From Stegostoma tigrinum (taxonomy: Eukaryota), in assembly GCF_030684315.1 (NCBI RefSeq), contig NC_081354.1, forward strand, positions 53,968,259-54,032,258: a DNA stretch of 64,000 nucleotides, given 5' to 3'. Below the pieces are notes generated by a model. It was given only the letters and a program-made list of their open reading frames with translations. It was not told where the DNA came from and ran no database searches. Position 1 is the first letter of the stretch. Each line of letters starts with the position of its first letter. Made by a program: the position numbers and the translations under genes. Shown here piece after piece: positions 51,101 through 62,780 of the stretch.

Positions 51101-54100
51101 TTTTGATTAGGGATAACATTACAGCTGTACATATGGAACATATTCCTGGGAATACAGCTAGGGAAATTATTTGGGTGGAACTGAGAGATAAGAAAGGCTT
51201 AATCAGCTAATTGGGATTGTACTATAGACCCCCACCCCCAATAGTCAGCGGAAAATTGAGAAACAAATTTGTAAGGAGATCTCAATTAGCTGAAGAATAA
51301 TAGACTGGTTACTGTAGGTGATTTTAACTTTCCAAACACAGACTGGGATTGCCATTGTGTTAAAGGCTTGGATGGAGATGAATTTATTAAGTGTGTACAA
51401 TAAAATTTTCTGATTCAGTATGGGGATTACCTATGAGAGAAGGTGCAAAACTTGACCTACTCTTGGGAAATAAGGCAGGGTGGACGACTGTAGTGTCATT
51501 GGGGGAGCACTTTGGGATCTGTGACCATAATTCTATTTGTTTTAAAATAATGATTGAAAAGGATAGACTGTTTCTGAAAGTTAAAGTTCTAAATTGGAGA
51601 AATGCAATTTTTGACAGTATTAGGCAAGAACCTTCAAAACTTAATTGGGGCAGATGCTCGCAGGTAAAAGGACAGCTGGAAAATGGGAAGCCTTCAGAAA
51701 AGAGATAACGAGAGCCGAGAGACAGTATGTTCCTGTTAGAGTGAAGGTCAAAGCTGGTAGGTGCAGGGAATGCTGGATGACCAGACAAATTGAGGTTTTG
51801 GTTAAAAATAAGAAGGAAGAATATGTCAGGCATAGACAGCAGAGGTTGAGTCAATTCCCAGAAGAGTACAGGGGCAGTAGGAGTATACTTGAGAGGGAAA
51901 TCAAATGATCGACAGAGCTAAGCAATCCCACAAGCGACAGATCAGATATAAGCTCTGCAGTCCTGCTACGCTCGGAAGTGAATGGTAGTGGACATTAAAC
52001 AATTCACTGGAGAAGGAGGCTCCACAAATATCCCCATCTCAGTGATGGAAGAACCCAGCATATCAGTGCAAAAGATAAGGCTGAAGCACTCGCTGCAATC
52101 TTCAGCCAGAAGTGCCCTGTGGATGATCAACCTCGGGCTCCTCCGTTGGTCCTCAGTATTGCAGATACCAGTCTTTAGCCAATTCAATTTACTCCACATG
52201 ATATCAAAAACCAGTTGGTGACACTGGATACTGCAAAGGCTATGGGCACCAACAACATTCAGGCAATAGTACTGAAGGCTTGGGCTCCAGAACCTGCCAC
52301 GGCCCTATCCCTGGGAGCCATCAACAGTACTATCAAGCAGCACCTGCTCAGCAATAACCTGCTCAGTGACACCCAGTTTGGGTTCCGCCAGAGCCACTCA
52401 GCTCCTGACCTCATTCCAACCTTGGTGAGGTGAGAGTGACAGCCCTCTATATCAAGTTCACAATGGATCAAGAATGGTATCAAGAAGCCCAAGCAAAACT
52501 GAGTCAATAGGAATCAGGCGATAAACCTCTCTGCTGGTTGGAGCCATACCCAACACTAAGGAAGATGGTTGTGATTGTTGGAGGTCAGTCATCTCAGGTC
52601 CAGGGCATCTCTGCAAGAGTTCCACAGGCTGGAGTTCTGGGCCCAACCATCTTCAGTTGTTTCATCAATGGTCTTTCGTCCATCATAAGGTCAGAAGTGG
52701 AGATGTTCACTAGTGATTGCACAATATTCAGCACCATTCGTGACTCCTCAGATACTGAAGTAGTTTGTGTCCACATGTAGCAAGATCTGGACAATATCTA
52801 GGCTTGGGCTGACAAGTGGCAAGTAACACACAACTCAAATGCCAGGCAATGATCACCTCCAATATGAGACAATTTAATCATTGCCTCTTGACATTCAATG
52901 GTATTACCAGATTGAATGTTCAATATCAACATCCTAGGTATACCATTGACCTGACTAGCCGTATAAATACTATACCCATACCTAAGTACAGGTAAGAGGC
53001 TTATAATCCTTCGTAGATTACCTCTCTTTCTGACTCTCCCAGAGCCTGTCCACCATCTATAAATTAGGAATATGATGAGATACTCACTACTTGCCTGGAT
53101 GGGTGCAGCTCTAATAATACTCAAGAAGCTTGACAACATCCAGGGCAAAGTAGCCGCTTGATTGGCAACACATCCACAAGCATTCACTCCCTCCACCTCT
53201 GACACTCAGTAGCAGCAGTGTGTACTACCTACAAGATGCACTGCAGTAATTCACCAAAGATCCTCAGACAGCACCTTCCAAACCCACAATCACTACCACT
53301 TTGCATGACTGAGCACTGTGACAGTGAGGAAAGAGTCTGGAGTCTGCAGCCTCATCCAGTTCATGAGCTCTGTGTGTGTCCATGAGCACACAGGTGTCTA
53401 TAACAGCATGACAATGAACGTTACCAGTACTGCCGGGAGTACACTGTTAAAGGATGGAAGTGTCCTACAAGTGGATTGGAAATGTGCTTTAAGAGTTCTT
53501 AGAGGCTGACACATATCAGATGCCAATGCCTGTGGACATGATGTACATTTCACTGGTGCCCATGGGATGTGCCCTGGGGTGTTGTTCCCCAGTGTCCAAT
53601 GTCAATTCACTGGGAGCAAGCAGGGAGCTGAATCCTCCACATGCTTGCTCTGGTTTCCATGTCAAGTTTTCCTGATGTTGAGCCTGATTAGTGAATTTGT
53701 AACATGGAAGTGTGGAAATTAACGAGACAAGATTAATAAGATATTTAATAAGTATTAATTGCCATCAGTTGGCAATTTGCCACTGCTTAGTCAGAATCTT
53801 GCTAGACCACTTGTGGCAAGTATAAAAGATGGAGTGAGGTGATCTCGACATGACCATAGGCCTCGCTAGACTCATTGCCTGATTCTATAACACATCTTGC
53901 CATGGGGTACATTGCTCATATCTCGGTCAGAATCTGCCCAATGCCAGCCATTTCACCATCACTGCCTGCACATGTTTGTGTCATATAATTAAATGCATTA
54001 ACTAGTGTTGCATTGTTTCCTTTTTTTGAGTTTATTTGAAGGAATCTAGATATGGTTATCTACAATGATATTGTGATTGGCTGTGAACAATTTTTCTACA

Positions 54101-56365
54101 CTCCCTATTGGCCTTTGTATTGAACATTTGTTATCCATCCAATGTTACAAGAACACCGTGCCCTCTACTGGCCACCTAGAGTCATACAGCACGGAAACCA
54201 ATCCTTTCCAACTTGCGCATGCTGTCCAAGTTTCCCACTAAACCAGACCCGCTTGGTCGATATCCCTCTAAACCTTTCCTATTTAGATGCACGTCCAAAT
54301 ACCTTTCAAAGTTTGTAACTGTATTTGCATCTAACACTTCTGGCAGTTCGTTCAACACATGAATCACCCTCTGTGTGAAAATGTTGCCCTCAAGGCCCTT
54401 TAAATTTTTCCCCTCTCACCTTAAATTTATGCGTTTTAGTTTTAAACTCCCCTACCCTCCTCACCCCTCAACTGCCTACACTCCAGGGAAACAAGTTCCA
54501 ACATATCCAGCCTCTCTTTATAACTGAAGCCGTCCACTCCTGGTAACACCCTTGTAAACCTTTTCTGCACCATTTCCAACGTATTAAAAGACTTCCAACA
54601 GCAGGGTGACCCAAACTGTATACGGTACTCCAAAAGTGGCCTCATTAATGTCCTGTACAGCCGTAACATGATATCACACTCCCATTGCCAGTACTCTGGC
54701 CAATGAAAGCAAATGTGCCAAGTGCCTTCTTCACCACCCTGACTATCTGCAACACCACTTTTAAGGAACTATGTAACTGAACTCCTAGGTCTCACTGTTC
54801 AACAACACTCCCCAAGGCCCTACCATTAAATGTATATGTCCTGCCTTTGTTCATCTTACCAAAATGTAACAGCTAAATTTATCTAATCTGAGACATGCTT
54901 AAATAAAATCTGTGACTATACAGCTCCTGAACCATTTCAGTTAACGAACTATTAAACATCAGTGCAGTGCCTAAACTAGGAAGTGGCAATTAAAATATTT
55001 AATTCAACATCAAATCAATTACAGAAAGTAAACTATAATCAGGAAAAGAACAATTAGCCTATAAAAGCAACAAGAAAGCAAAGTTTTTTTTATTTCCCAA
55101 GCTTCATTTCTACTCATAAGAAATTAGGTTTCACATTAATAAAAAATATTTTTCAGCACCAGACATGTTGTTATGCAATAATTGCAATGTCCTGTTAGTG
55201 ATTTTAGTTCATGTATCTCTGGACTTCAGCATATTTAGACCACACAATAGTTTTGAATGGGTGGCCAGATGTGTTGCTTTCATATTCTCAACATTTTTGG
55301 TGCAGTAAGGCATCTCAGACAGTGGCTTCCACATTTTCACATTTAACTGCACGTATGGGGGCAGGGGACTTAGCCATCCATTTCCAACATGTTATTCATA
55401 TCACAAAATCTGGTCCAAAATAAATGTACCCTCTTTAGAAGCATAAATCAACACATGGTAAATAACTCTGCTTCTCTTTTTAAAAAGTACTGTATTTTAT
55501 TATAATCTGTTTTCATTTCAGGCTTATAGCTTTTGTAGTTTGCTATTCTTATCAATGGGAAAGTGACAATTTACAAGATAGAGTCACCTTTAAGATGTTT
55601 ATCAACACATAAAGAAAACAAATCTGATTTCCTGATCTCTCCATTTCAAGAACTTTGTAACTTTGTCCCTACCGTAGCTCCTGATCTCTGTCTTCGGTGG
55701 TCCTTTCAAACCTGAGAATCTCTGCTTCTATTTCGCGGGTCCTTTGAATGTATACATCTTCAAAATATAAGAATACAGGAAAAAAATCAACTTAGTGGGA
55801 GGGTCAATGTGATTGTTTTTAAATATGTAGCTTGCTGTTTCAGCTTATGTATTAAATTACTACAGAAACGTTACCTGGCAATTGTTTCTGAATGATAAGA
55901 TTGGACTGCTCAATGGTCTCGGTCTTATTTTTTGTTAAACTATTCTTATATTGAATGTCACGCAAATCCTTTTCAATTGTCCCAAGTGAGTCATCAACAG
56001 TTGTTTGATACGTTTGAAAAAATTCAGCAACTCCACAAGTTGTGGGGCAGAATTCTCCCTAAATTGCCATGGCAGAGAGAAATTTCAGCAATGTTATATT
56101 TCCGACTAGAGAGCCACATTACTAATAATTGCAAGGGACTCAGTATGACAAATCATACTTACAAATCTGGCATCTAAGATACAGCAGGATTCACCTAATA
56201 TAAACTGTAATAAAAGAAAAAAACAGAATGTCATCATATGTTCACAACAGTAAGACCAAACGTTTGTTAAAGCCTATCCATAAATTCACTTACAGCTTTA
56301 GCAGATGAAAATGCAAGTAGCAAAACTTGCAGGAAAGGTAAAACTTTTCCCTTTGCTCCTGACAT
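41993..56365 (-). CDS. FGG: Fibrinogen gamma chain gene, 9 coding exons, 429 aa precursor
   Basis: Exons 56365-56294, 56204-56163, 56058-55875, 55757-55673, 49058-48928, 48050-47917, 47824-47640, 44835-44558, 42171-41993 join in frame (1290 nt). Motifs [31 protein letters not shown]. Confidence 0.97.
43195..43830 (+). mobile_element. CR1-clade LINE 3' fragment (FGG intron 8)
   Basis: [30 protein letters not shown]; [15 protein letters not shown]. Confidence 0.82.
44322..44496. mobile_element. Second-family Penelope-derived hairpin in FGG intron 8
   Basis: Inverted arms gcaggtctggcagcatctgtgaaggagaaaacagagttaac / gttaactctgttttctccttcacagatgctgccagacctgc; 15-nt direct repeat tttcataggaaatgt at 44307-44321 and 44497-44511. 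Confidence 0.8.
44558..44835 (-). CDS. FGG: FGG exon 8
   Basis: [18 protein letters not shown]...[18 protein letters not shown]...[25 protein letters not shown]; 278 nt. Confidence 0.96.
45511..45670. mobile_element. Third-family inverted-repeat mini-element (probably Penelope-derived)
   Basis: Arms 45511-45557 and 45593-45639 are reverse complements. Confidence 0.6.
47640..47824 (-). CDS. FGG: FGG exon 7
   Basis: [40 protein letters not shown]; 185 nt. Confidence 0.96.
47917..48050 (-). CDS. FGG: FGG exon 6
   Basis: [45 protein letters not shown]; 134 nt. Confidence 0.96.
48360..48648 (-). mobile_element. tRNA-derived SINE (HE1-like)
   Basis: Head ggggtggcacagtggttcagtagttagcactgc on the - strand; (tctaa)n tail. 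Confidence 0.78.
48928..49058 (-). CDS. FGG: FGG exon 5
   Basis: [13 protein letters not shown]...[18 protein letters not shown]; 131 nt. Confidence 0.94.
49955..50775 (-). mobile_element. Old CR1-like LINE fragment
   Basis: 3' end resembles the other CR1 tails; FAD-motif remnant near 50410. Confidence 0.55.
50830..51905 (+). mobile_element. CR1 ORF2 apurinic-endonuclease-region fragment (degenerate)
   Basis: Translates to ETWL, GDFNFP and [12 protein letters not shown]...CDHNSI motifs with stops and frameshifts. Confidence 0.75.
51906..53300 (+). mobile_element. Degenerate LINE (CR1/L2 group) RT fragment, second family
   Basis: [38 protein letters not shown] motifs; related copies near 17985-18470, 32550-32935, 34840-35360, 37900-38710, 46500-47190. 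Confidence 0.72.
54178..54885 (-). mobile_element. CR1-clade LINE 3' fragment (FGG intron 4)
   Basis: [22 protein letters not shown]...[10 protein letters not shown]. Confidence 0.8.
55673..55757 (-). CDS. FGG: FGG exon 4
   Basis: [29 protein letters not shown]; phase 1 to phase 2, fits both neighbours. Confidence 0.88.
55875..56058 (-). CDS. FGG: FGG exon 3
   Basis: [22 protein letters not shown]...; 184 nt. Confidence 0.95.
56163..56204 (-). CDS. FGG: FGG exon 2
   Basis: [14 protein letters not shown] (human YVATRDNCCILDERF). Confidence 0.93.
56294..56365 (-). CDS. FGG: FGG exon 1 (signal peptide)
   Basis: [24 protein letters not shown]; donor gtaagt. Confidence 0.88.
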
Positions 56366-56788
56366 GGTATGATGGAAGAAAAGTAGGTCCCAAATCACTG
56401 TGCAAGATGAATGAACTGACTGCAGGAGAGCAGCTTTATCTATTGACTCCCTGAGCTAACAGTTCACAATGATTGCCAAAGAGACATAGACCTAGAACAC
56501 ACAGTCGATCGGGTCATAACCTCTGACTCACACATGCTGTTGCAAATAATTAGGCAAGCGGAAGTATGTGTCAAAACGGACCACTAAATTTTTATTTCCA
56601 CTTTGCTTCGTATAGAATTGAAATGCAGTAACATATTCAAGCTGCCAGCTAAATTAGGGTGGTTCACAACTTTAGGGCAAAATCCATAACATTGCTGTGA
56701 AAAGAAGTTTAACATTAAGTGATGTTCAGTGGCAGTACCCAAAGTTGGAAGACACACCGAACCAAAAAGTGGGAACAGGTGAACAGGT

Positions 56789-57955
56789 CAAAGAAACAAA
56801 GAAACAAAGAAACCTACAGCACAGGGACAGGCCCTTCGGCCCCCTAAGCCTGCGCTGATCAAGATCCTCTGTCTAACCTGTCATCTATTTTCTAACAGTC
56901 TGTGTCCATTTGCTCCCTGCCCATCCATGTACTGTCCAAATATATCTTAAAAGACGCTAACGTGTCTGGATCTACCACCTCCGCTGGCAACGCATTCCAA
57001 GCACCCACCACCCTCTGTGTAAAGAACTTTCCACGCATATCTCCCTTAAACTTTCCTCCTCTCACTTTGAACTCATGGCCCCTAGTAATTGAGTCCCCCA
57101 CTCTGGGAAAAAGCTTTTTGCTATCCACCCTGTCTATACCCCTCATGATTTTGTAGACCTCAATCAGGTCCCCCCTCAATCTCCATCTTTCTAATGAAAA
57201 TAATCCTAATCTACTCAACCTTTCTTCATAGCTAGCACCCTCCATACCAGGCAACATCCTGGTGAACCTCCTCTGCGCCCTCTCTAAAGCATCCACATCC
57301 TTTTGGTAATGTGGTGACCAGAACTTCAAACAGTACTCCAAATGTGGCCGAACCAAAGTCCTATACAATTGCAACATGACCTGCCAACTCTTGTAGTCAA
57401 TACCCTGCCCAATGAAGGAAAGCATGCCATATGCCTTCTTGACCACCCTATTGACCTGCGTTGTCACCTTCAGGGAACAGTGGACCTGAACACCCAGAGC
57501 TCTCTGTTCATCAATTTTCCCTAGGACTTTTCCATTTACTGTATAATTCGCCCTTGAATTTGATCTTCCAAAATGCATCACCTCGCATTTGCCCACATTG
57601 AACTCCATCTGCCATTTATCTGCCCAACTCTTCAGTCTATCTATATTCTGCTGTAATCTCTCACAGTCCCCTTCACTATCAGCTTCTCCACCAATCTTAG
57701 TGTCATCAGCAAACTTGCTGATCAGACCACCTACACCTTCCTCCAGATCATTTACATATATCACAAACAATAGTGGTCCCAGCACAGATACCTGTGGAAC
57801 ACCACTGGTCACAGGTCTCCAATTTGAGAAACGCCCTTCTACTAGTACTCTCTATCTCCTATTGCATAGCCAGTTTTTTATCCATCTAGCTAGCACACCC
57901 TGGACCCCAAGTGACTTCACTTTCTCCATCAGCCTGCCATGGGGAACCTTATCAA
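56789..57955 (-). mobile_element. Young 5'-truncated CR1-clade LINE (HER1-like) with an open RT C-terminal ORF
   Basis: 306-aa ORF SGVPQVSVLGPLLF...KFADDTKIGG...LVRPHLEYC...RLRGDLIEVYK; 3' microsatellite tail (caaagaaa)x3 at about 56789-56813. Confidence 0.92.
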
Positions 57956-58084
57956 ATGTCGAACAAACCAAGCCTGAATGGGGATCAGAAATGATGGAGA
58001 CTGGGCTATGGTAATAGCAAATGGGAATGATGGAACTAGGGAGTGCTGAGGATCAGGAGATGGCTAAACTGGGCAGTGGAGACG

Positions 58085-58420
58085 ATAGAGACTGGATGAT
58101 CGAGGCTGACGGAGAGAAGCAGGTGACAGGGAGTGGGGGTGATGGGGAGAATGAGGGCACAGGGAGAGGGGTTGATGGGGAATGGGGGTGATGAGGGTTA
58201 AGAAGGAAGGGGAGAGGAGGACACAGGGAGAGGTGGGACAGGCGAGTGGGGAGAAGAGGGAGAGAGGGGGCACAGTGAGTGGGGGTGATGGGTAGTGGGG
58301 ATGGGGAGGGGGGGATGGGGAGAGGAATGGGGAGAGAAGGCGATGGGGTGAGTAGGCGAAGGAGTGTAACAGACATGGCCAATAGTAGGGGTGCGGAATG
58401 TTAGGGGTGGAGAGACACGG
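58085..58420 (+). repeat. G/A-rich low-complexity tract
   Basis: Multiple GGGG runs and (ggga/gaggg)-like repeats. Confidence 0.7.
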
Positions 58421-58848
58421 TGATGGGAACCAAGAGGGACGAGGAGTGGCAGCAATGGCGAGCAGTTGTGATGGAGACTGGCCATTAATTGGTTGGTGGT
58501 CTAAATAAACATTATAAAGAGATGTAAATTCAAAGCTGACTGATTGGACCATGGAGATGCAGCAAGCACTGTTCACTGTCAATCTCAGTCAGTTTATGAA
58601 ACTCAGACCAAGCCTCTAGACAAACTTTGACACAGTTCTTCTGCTTGTACAGAATAGACTCCCATGAGTAAATATGTGCAGTTTATGGCAACACTAAGAC
58701 TGATTAATTTAAATTCTTTCCCAGTGAAATTATTATCACAGTCAGGTCTTTTTTTCAGTAAATTCTGTCAAAAAGCACAATCACGTCTAATTTCGGAAAC
58801 AGATTGGGTATAATTGGCAGGCTGCCTCCTATTGACAGGAACGTGTTA

Positions 58849-59079
58849 GAGAAAACGGGCACTGCAGATGCTGGAGAATCCGAGATAACAAAGTGTGGAG
58901 CTGGATGAACACAGCAGGCCAAGCAGCATTTTAGGAGCACAAAAGCTGACGTTTCGGGCCTAGACCCTTCGTCAGAAAAGCTTTTCTGACGAAGGGTCTA
59001 GGCCCACAACGCCAGCTTTTGTGCTCCTAAGATGCTGCTTGGCCTGCTGCGTTCATCCAGCTCCACACTTTGTTATCCA
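58849..59079. mobile_element. Penelope-derived near-perfect palindrome (97-nt arms)
   Basis: 58884-58980 is the near-exact reverse complement of 58981-59077, centred on cagaaaag|cttttctg; flanks aggaacgtgtta / aggaaggtgtta. Confidence 0.85.
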
Positions 59080-60440
59080 AGGAAGGTGTTATTTGATTCG
59101 GTCTGCCAGTCACTAGGATGTATAGCCTACATACCTGGCAATACATCAACACTGAAATTCAAATACCACATTATTCATTTGTAATGCAAGCAGAACAACT
59201 TTTTTGACTTGACGACAGCATCAAGGTGCTGTTGAACATCGTAGGCTTCCTGCAATGCAACGGCACGAGGTGGTGAATTTTGCCTGTTGCTCAAACTTCT
59301 GTGATACCCTTCCCTCTCAGGATAGCCTGAGGTTGGCACGGTACTTTTCTGGGCAAAAATTGAAGGCCATCAGACTCTTTATGAGTTAATGCAACATACA
59401 GTGAGTAAGGATTTGAACACGGTCACCACTATTCTATGGGACATCTTTGTTAGCTCTAATTTCAACATCAGTCTAACAGAATGAGTATAGGGCTAGGGCC
59501 CCGTTCATGAAGTTACCAAAAAAGGTTGATCTTGCAATGCCTGGAACAGTAGGAATCAAAACACATGTGTTGACAAGTGAATGTAGCCTTGCTGGAGATG
59601 GGAATAGAGAATGCGTTGGCAGATTTTACAACTAATATGTTAAGTAATAGGAGCTTATTTGATCAGTCCACTTCAACAGGAAATCTGAGCACAGGATGGA
59701 ATTTACGAAGGTCTGTAAAGAATTTCTCTGATGCAGACATAAATTCAAATATCTCAAATATGTCATCCACATAACAGAAATGTGCTAGGAGTAGGAGATT
59801 GATTGCCATTCTATTGAAGGTGCGTTTTCATGACAATGTCAGCAAGAGCTGGGCTTAGAGGGAATCCTGTAGCAATGTCATCTATTTGAGCATTTGGAAG
59901 TGAACTCAACTGCGCGAGCTGCTAAATTGATGAACTCAGTGAAACTAGTCTGCACCCTATCTGTGTTGAGGAAGTGATGGATGCAGGTATAGTTACAATG
60001 TTTAGAAGACATTTAGATAAGTACATGAATAAGAAAAGTTTGGATGGAATTCTGAGGAAAGGTCACTGGACTCGAAACGTTAATTCCGATTTTTTCTTCA
60101 CAGATGCTGCCAGACCTGCTGAGCTTTTCCAGCAACTTCTGTTTTTGGACCCTAGCACCATCTGAGCATAGGCCTGGTTATTCTGTCCCTTTAGTCTCAG
60201 ATGGAGGATTCTCATCCATCCTTCATTTCAAGATAGCGGCAGAGTGCAGTGCAGCATATGGGCTCCTGCCCGGATCTCATCTGCTGTGTCCGCTTTTACT
60301 TCGTTCACAGCTTTCTTTGTCCTACTTCAATCTACTTACCTTCTGCAGAGAGAGCAGTGGCTTCTTGGTGCCCAGTGCACATGAGGCAAAGTCCTTCCAG
60401 ATGGTGGCAGTCGAGGGAGTTGACTTTACTGTGGTGGTGC

Positions 60441-61040
60441 TCGAGCCCAGCATGGGGGTGGGGGGGAGATCGAGCCCAGTGTGGTGGGGGGAGATTGAAG
60501 CCCAGTATTGGGGATGGGGAGATTGAGCATGGCATGGGGGGGGCGGTGATCAAGCCCAGCGAGGAGGGGGGCAGGGAGATTGAGCCCAGCATGGGGTGGG
60601 GAGGAGATTGAGCTCAGTGTTGGGGGTGAAGACTGAGCCCAGTGTTGGGTTGGGGGGGTGGTGATCGAGCCCAGCATGGGGGGGGAGATTGAGCACTGTG
60701 CGGGGTGGGGAGATCGAGCTCAGTGTTGGGGGGGAAGATTGAGCCCAGTATGGGGTGGGGGGGAGGAGATTGCGTTCAGTGTTGGGGGGGGTGGGGAAGA
60801 TTGAGCCCTGTGTGGGGTGGGATGATTGAGCCCAGCGTGAGGTGAGGGGGGAGGAGATTGAGCTTAGAGATGGGGGGGAGGTTTGAGCCCAGTGTGGGGA
60901 GTGGGTGGAGATTGAGCCCAGCATGGGGTGGGGGGGTAGGAGATTGAGCTCAGTGGTGGGGGGGAAATTGAGCCCAGTGTAGGGGGGAGATTGAGCCTAG
61001 CGTGGGGGAGATTGTGCCCAGCACTGGGGGGTGGGGGGGT
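60441..61040 (+). repeat. G-rich minisatellite, about 22 units of 21-31 nt, core GAGATTGAGCCCAG followed by a G run
   Basis: Units counted directly from the sequence. Confidence 0.9.
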
Positions 61041-62129
61041 GCGAGATGGCTGGCCGGGAGGGAGCACGGGGGAAAGGGAGCCTAAGGTCTCCAGCATCTG
61101 TGGCAATGTCAAGCGGGGAGAACGAGACCTTGTGGGGAGTGTGAGCCCAACATGGCTAAGTACTTACGAAGGGCCTATCATGTTGAACTTTTAACTTTAC
61201 GTCTTTTAACTTTATACTTAGAAAGACTTTAATGTTTAATTTTTAACATTATTTCCTTATTTTTCTACTTTGTGCATACGTTTTTGTACTTAGACGTGTT
61301 TGTACCTAAAACGGGGCTGGGAACTGCCACGTTGTACGTTTTTCACAGTATTCCTGTATCCCGTACTTGAGTACACATGACAATAAAATCTAATTCTAAC
61401 TCTTCTAATTCATTTCGAGTCATAGTCATAGAGTCATGCAGCACAGAAACAGAACTTTTGGTCCAGCCAGTCCAGAATCCCAAACTAAACTAGTCCCACC
61501 CATTTTCACTTGGCCTATTTCCCTCCAAACATTTCTTATTCATGTACTTATCTAAATTTATTTTAAACATTGTAACAGTACCTGCATCCACTACTTTCTC
61601 AAGAAGTTCAGGATTTTTTAAAATTTGCTTTTATATCATATTAGTTTTAGTTTTACATTATTTGTGCTCTCACTTCCTGCAGATTCACCAGAGTAACATG
61701 GGTTTCCAGAAGAGAAAAATGATTGTGAAAAACAGGGTGAGATCCAAGCAACACGCCCAATGAGGTTGTGCTATCTTGTTGTGTCACAGCAGAATGCTGT
61801 CACTGTAGATTTGGGTACATTGGTACTTCCATCTGAGCAGCAACCCCAGCTGCCCCAATCTATTCTCTCATTCACTTTCCTGCCCAATGCTGCTAACCTT
61901 ACCAAACATAACCATGCCTGCAATACTGAACCTTTTAACACTGCCAGTAGATTAGTTCTTACAACTGAAAGTTACAGCTTAAATTCCAAAGTTCCCAGCC
62001 TTAAGCGAGGTTACAACAACCAGTTAGAGCATAATTAATCAAAGAAGCAGCTCATGCCAGTTCGTCTGTAAGTGGGACAGCTAGACCTTCTGTATTAGAA
62101 GCATATAAATGCAACTAGCTAACCCTACA

Positions 62130-62780
62130 CTCAAGATCAGAGGGACCTTAATGTACGAGTCCGCAAATTTCTGAAGACAGTAAAGCAGGTAAATAATGCA
62201 TTTGGAATGTTTGCCTTTAATAAATGATGTACAGGGTACATAAGGTTGATCCAAACAGTATAAATTGCTGGGCAGGTACTGTGTGTATCTTGGTCACCAT
62301 ATTGTAGGAAGGATGTGAATGAATCAGAGAGACTGCAGGGAAGATTTACCAGAACGCTGCATGGGGCCTGAGCAAGACAGAAGATTGGATAAGCTGGGGT
62401 TATTTTCTTTGGAGCAGTGAAGTCTGAGTGGGGTCTGACAGCTTTGTATAAGGTTATAAGGGACACGGACAGAGTGGATAGGAAGATATATTTTCCATTG
62501 ATAGAGGGGTCAATAACCAGGGACATAGATTTAAGGTAAAAGAATGTCAAGAGGGGAGATAAGGAGAATGGTTTTTCCTGGCAGAGTGGTGGGAGATTTG
62601 AACTCCATGTCTGAAAGGGCAGTTGAGCTTGTAATGTTAAAGAAATATTCAGATATTCACTTGCATTTTTGTAGCTTCCAGGGAAATGGGCCAAACGTTA
62701 GAAATGGGCTCAGTGTGGTCAGATCGTTGACTAGGCCAAATATGATAGCCCCCTTCAGTGCTGCAAACGAGTCCATAAGC
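62130..62780 (+). mobile_element. Old CR1-like LINE 3' fragment
   Basis: tggtcaccatattgtaggaaggatgtg...gaagatttaccagaa, similar to the 3' part of the CR1 RT. Confidence 0.6.

Noticed and set aside
58053-58582. Pro/Ser-rich ORFs on the minus strand
   Set aside because: Translations of a G/A-rich low-complexity tract with no splice or homology support.
60441-61040. CRISPR-like repeat-spacer pattern and overlapping Pro/Gly-rich ORFs
   Set aside because: Vertebrate DNA; the spacers are only G runs and no cas genes are present. The ORFs are by-products of low complexity.
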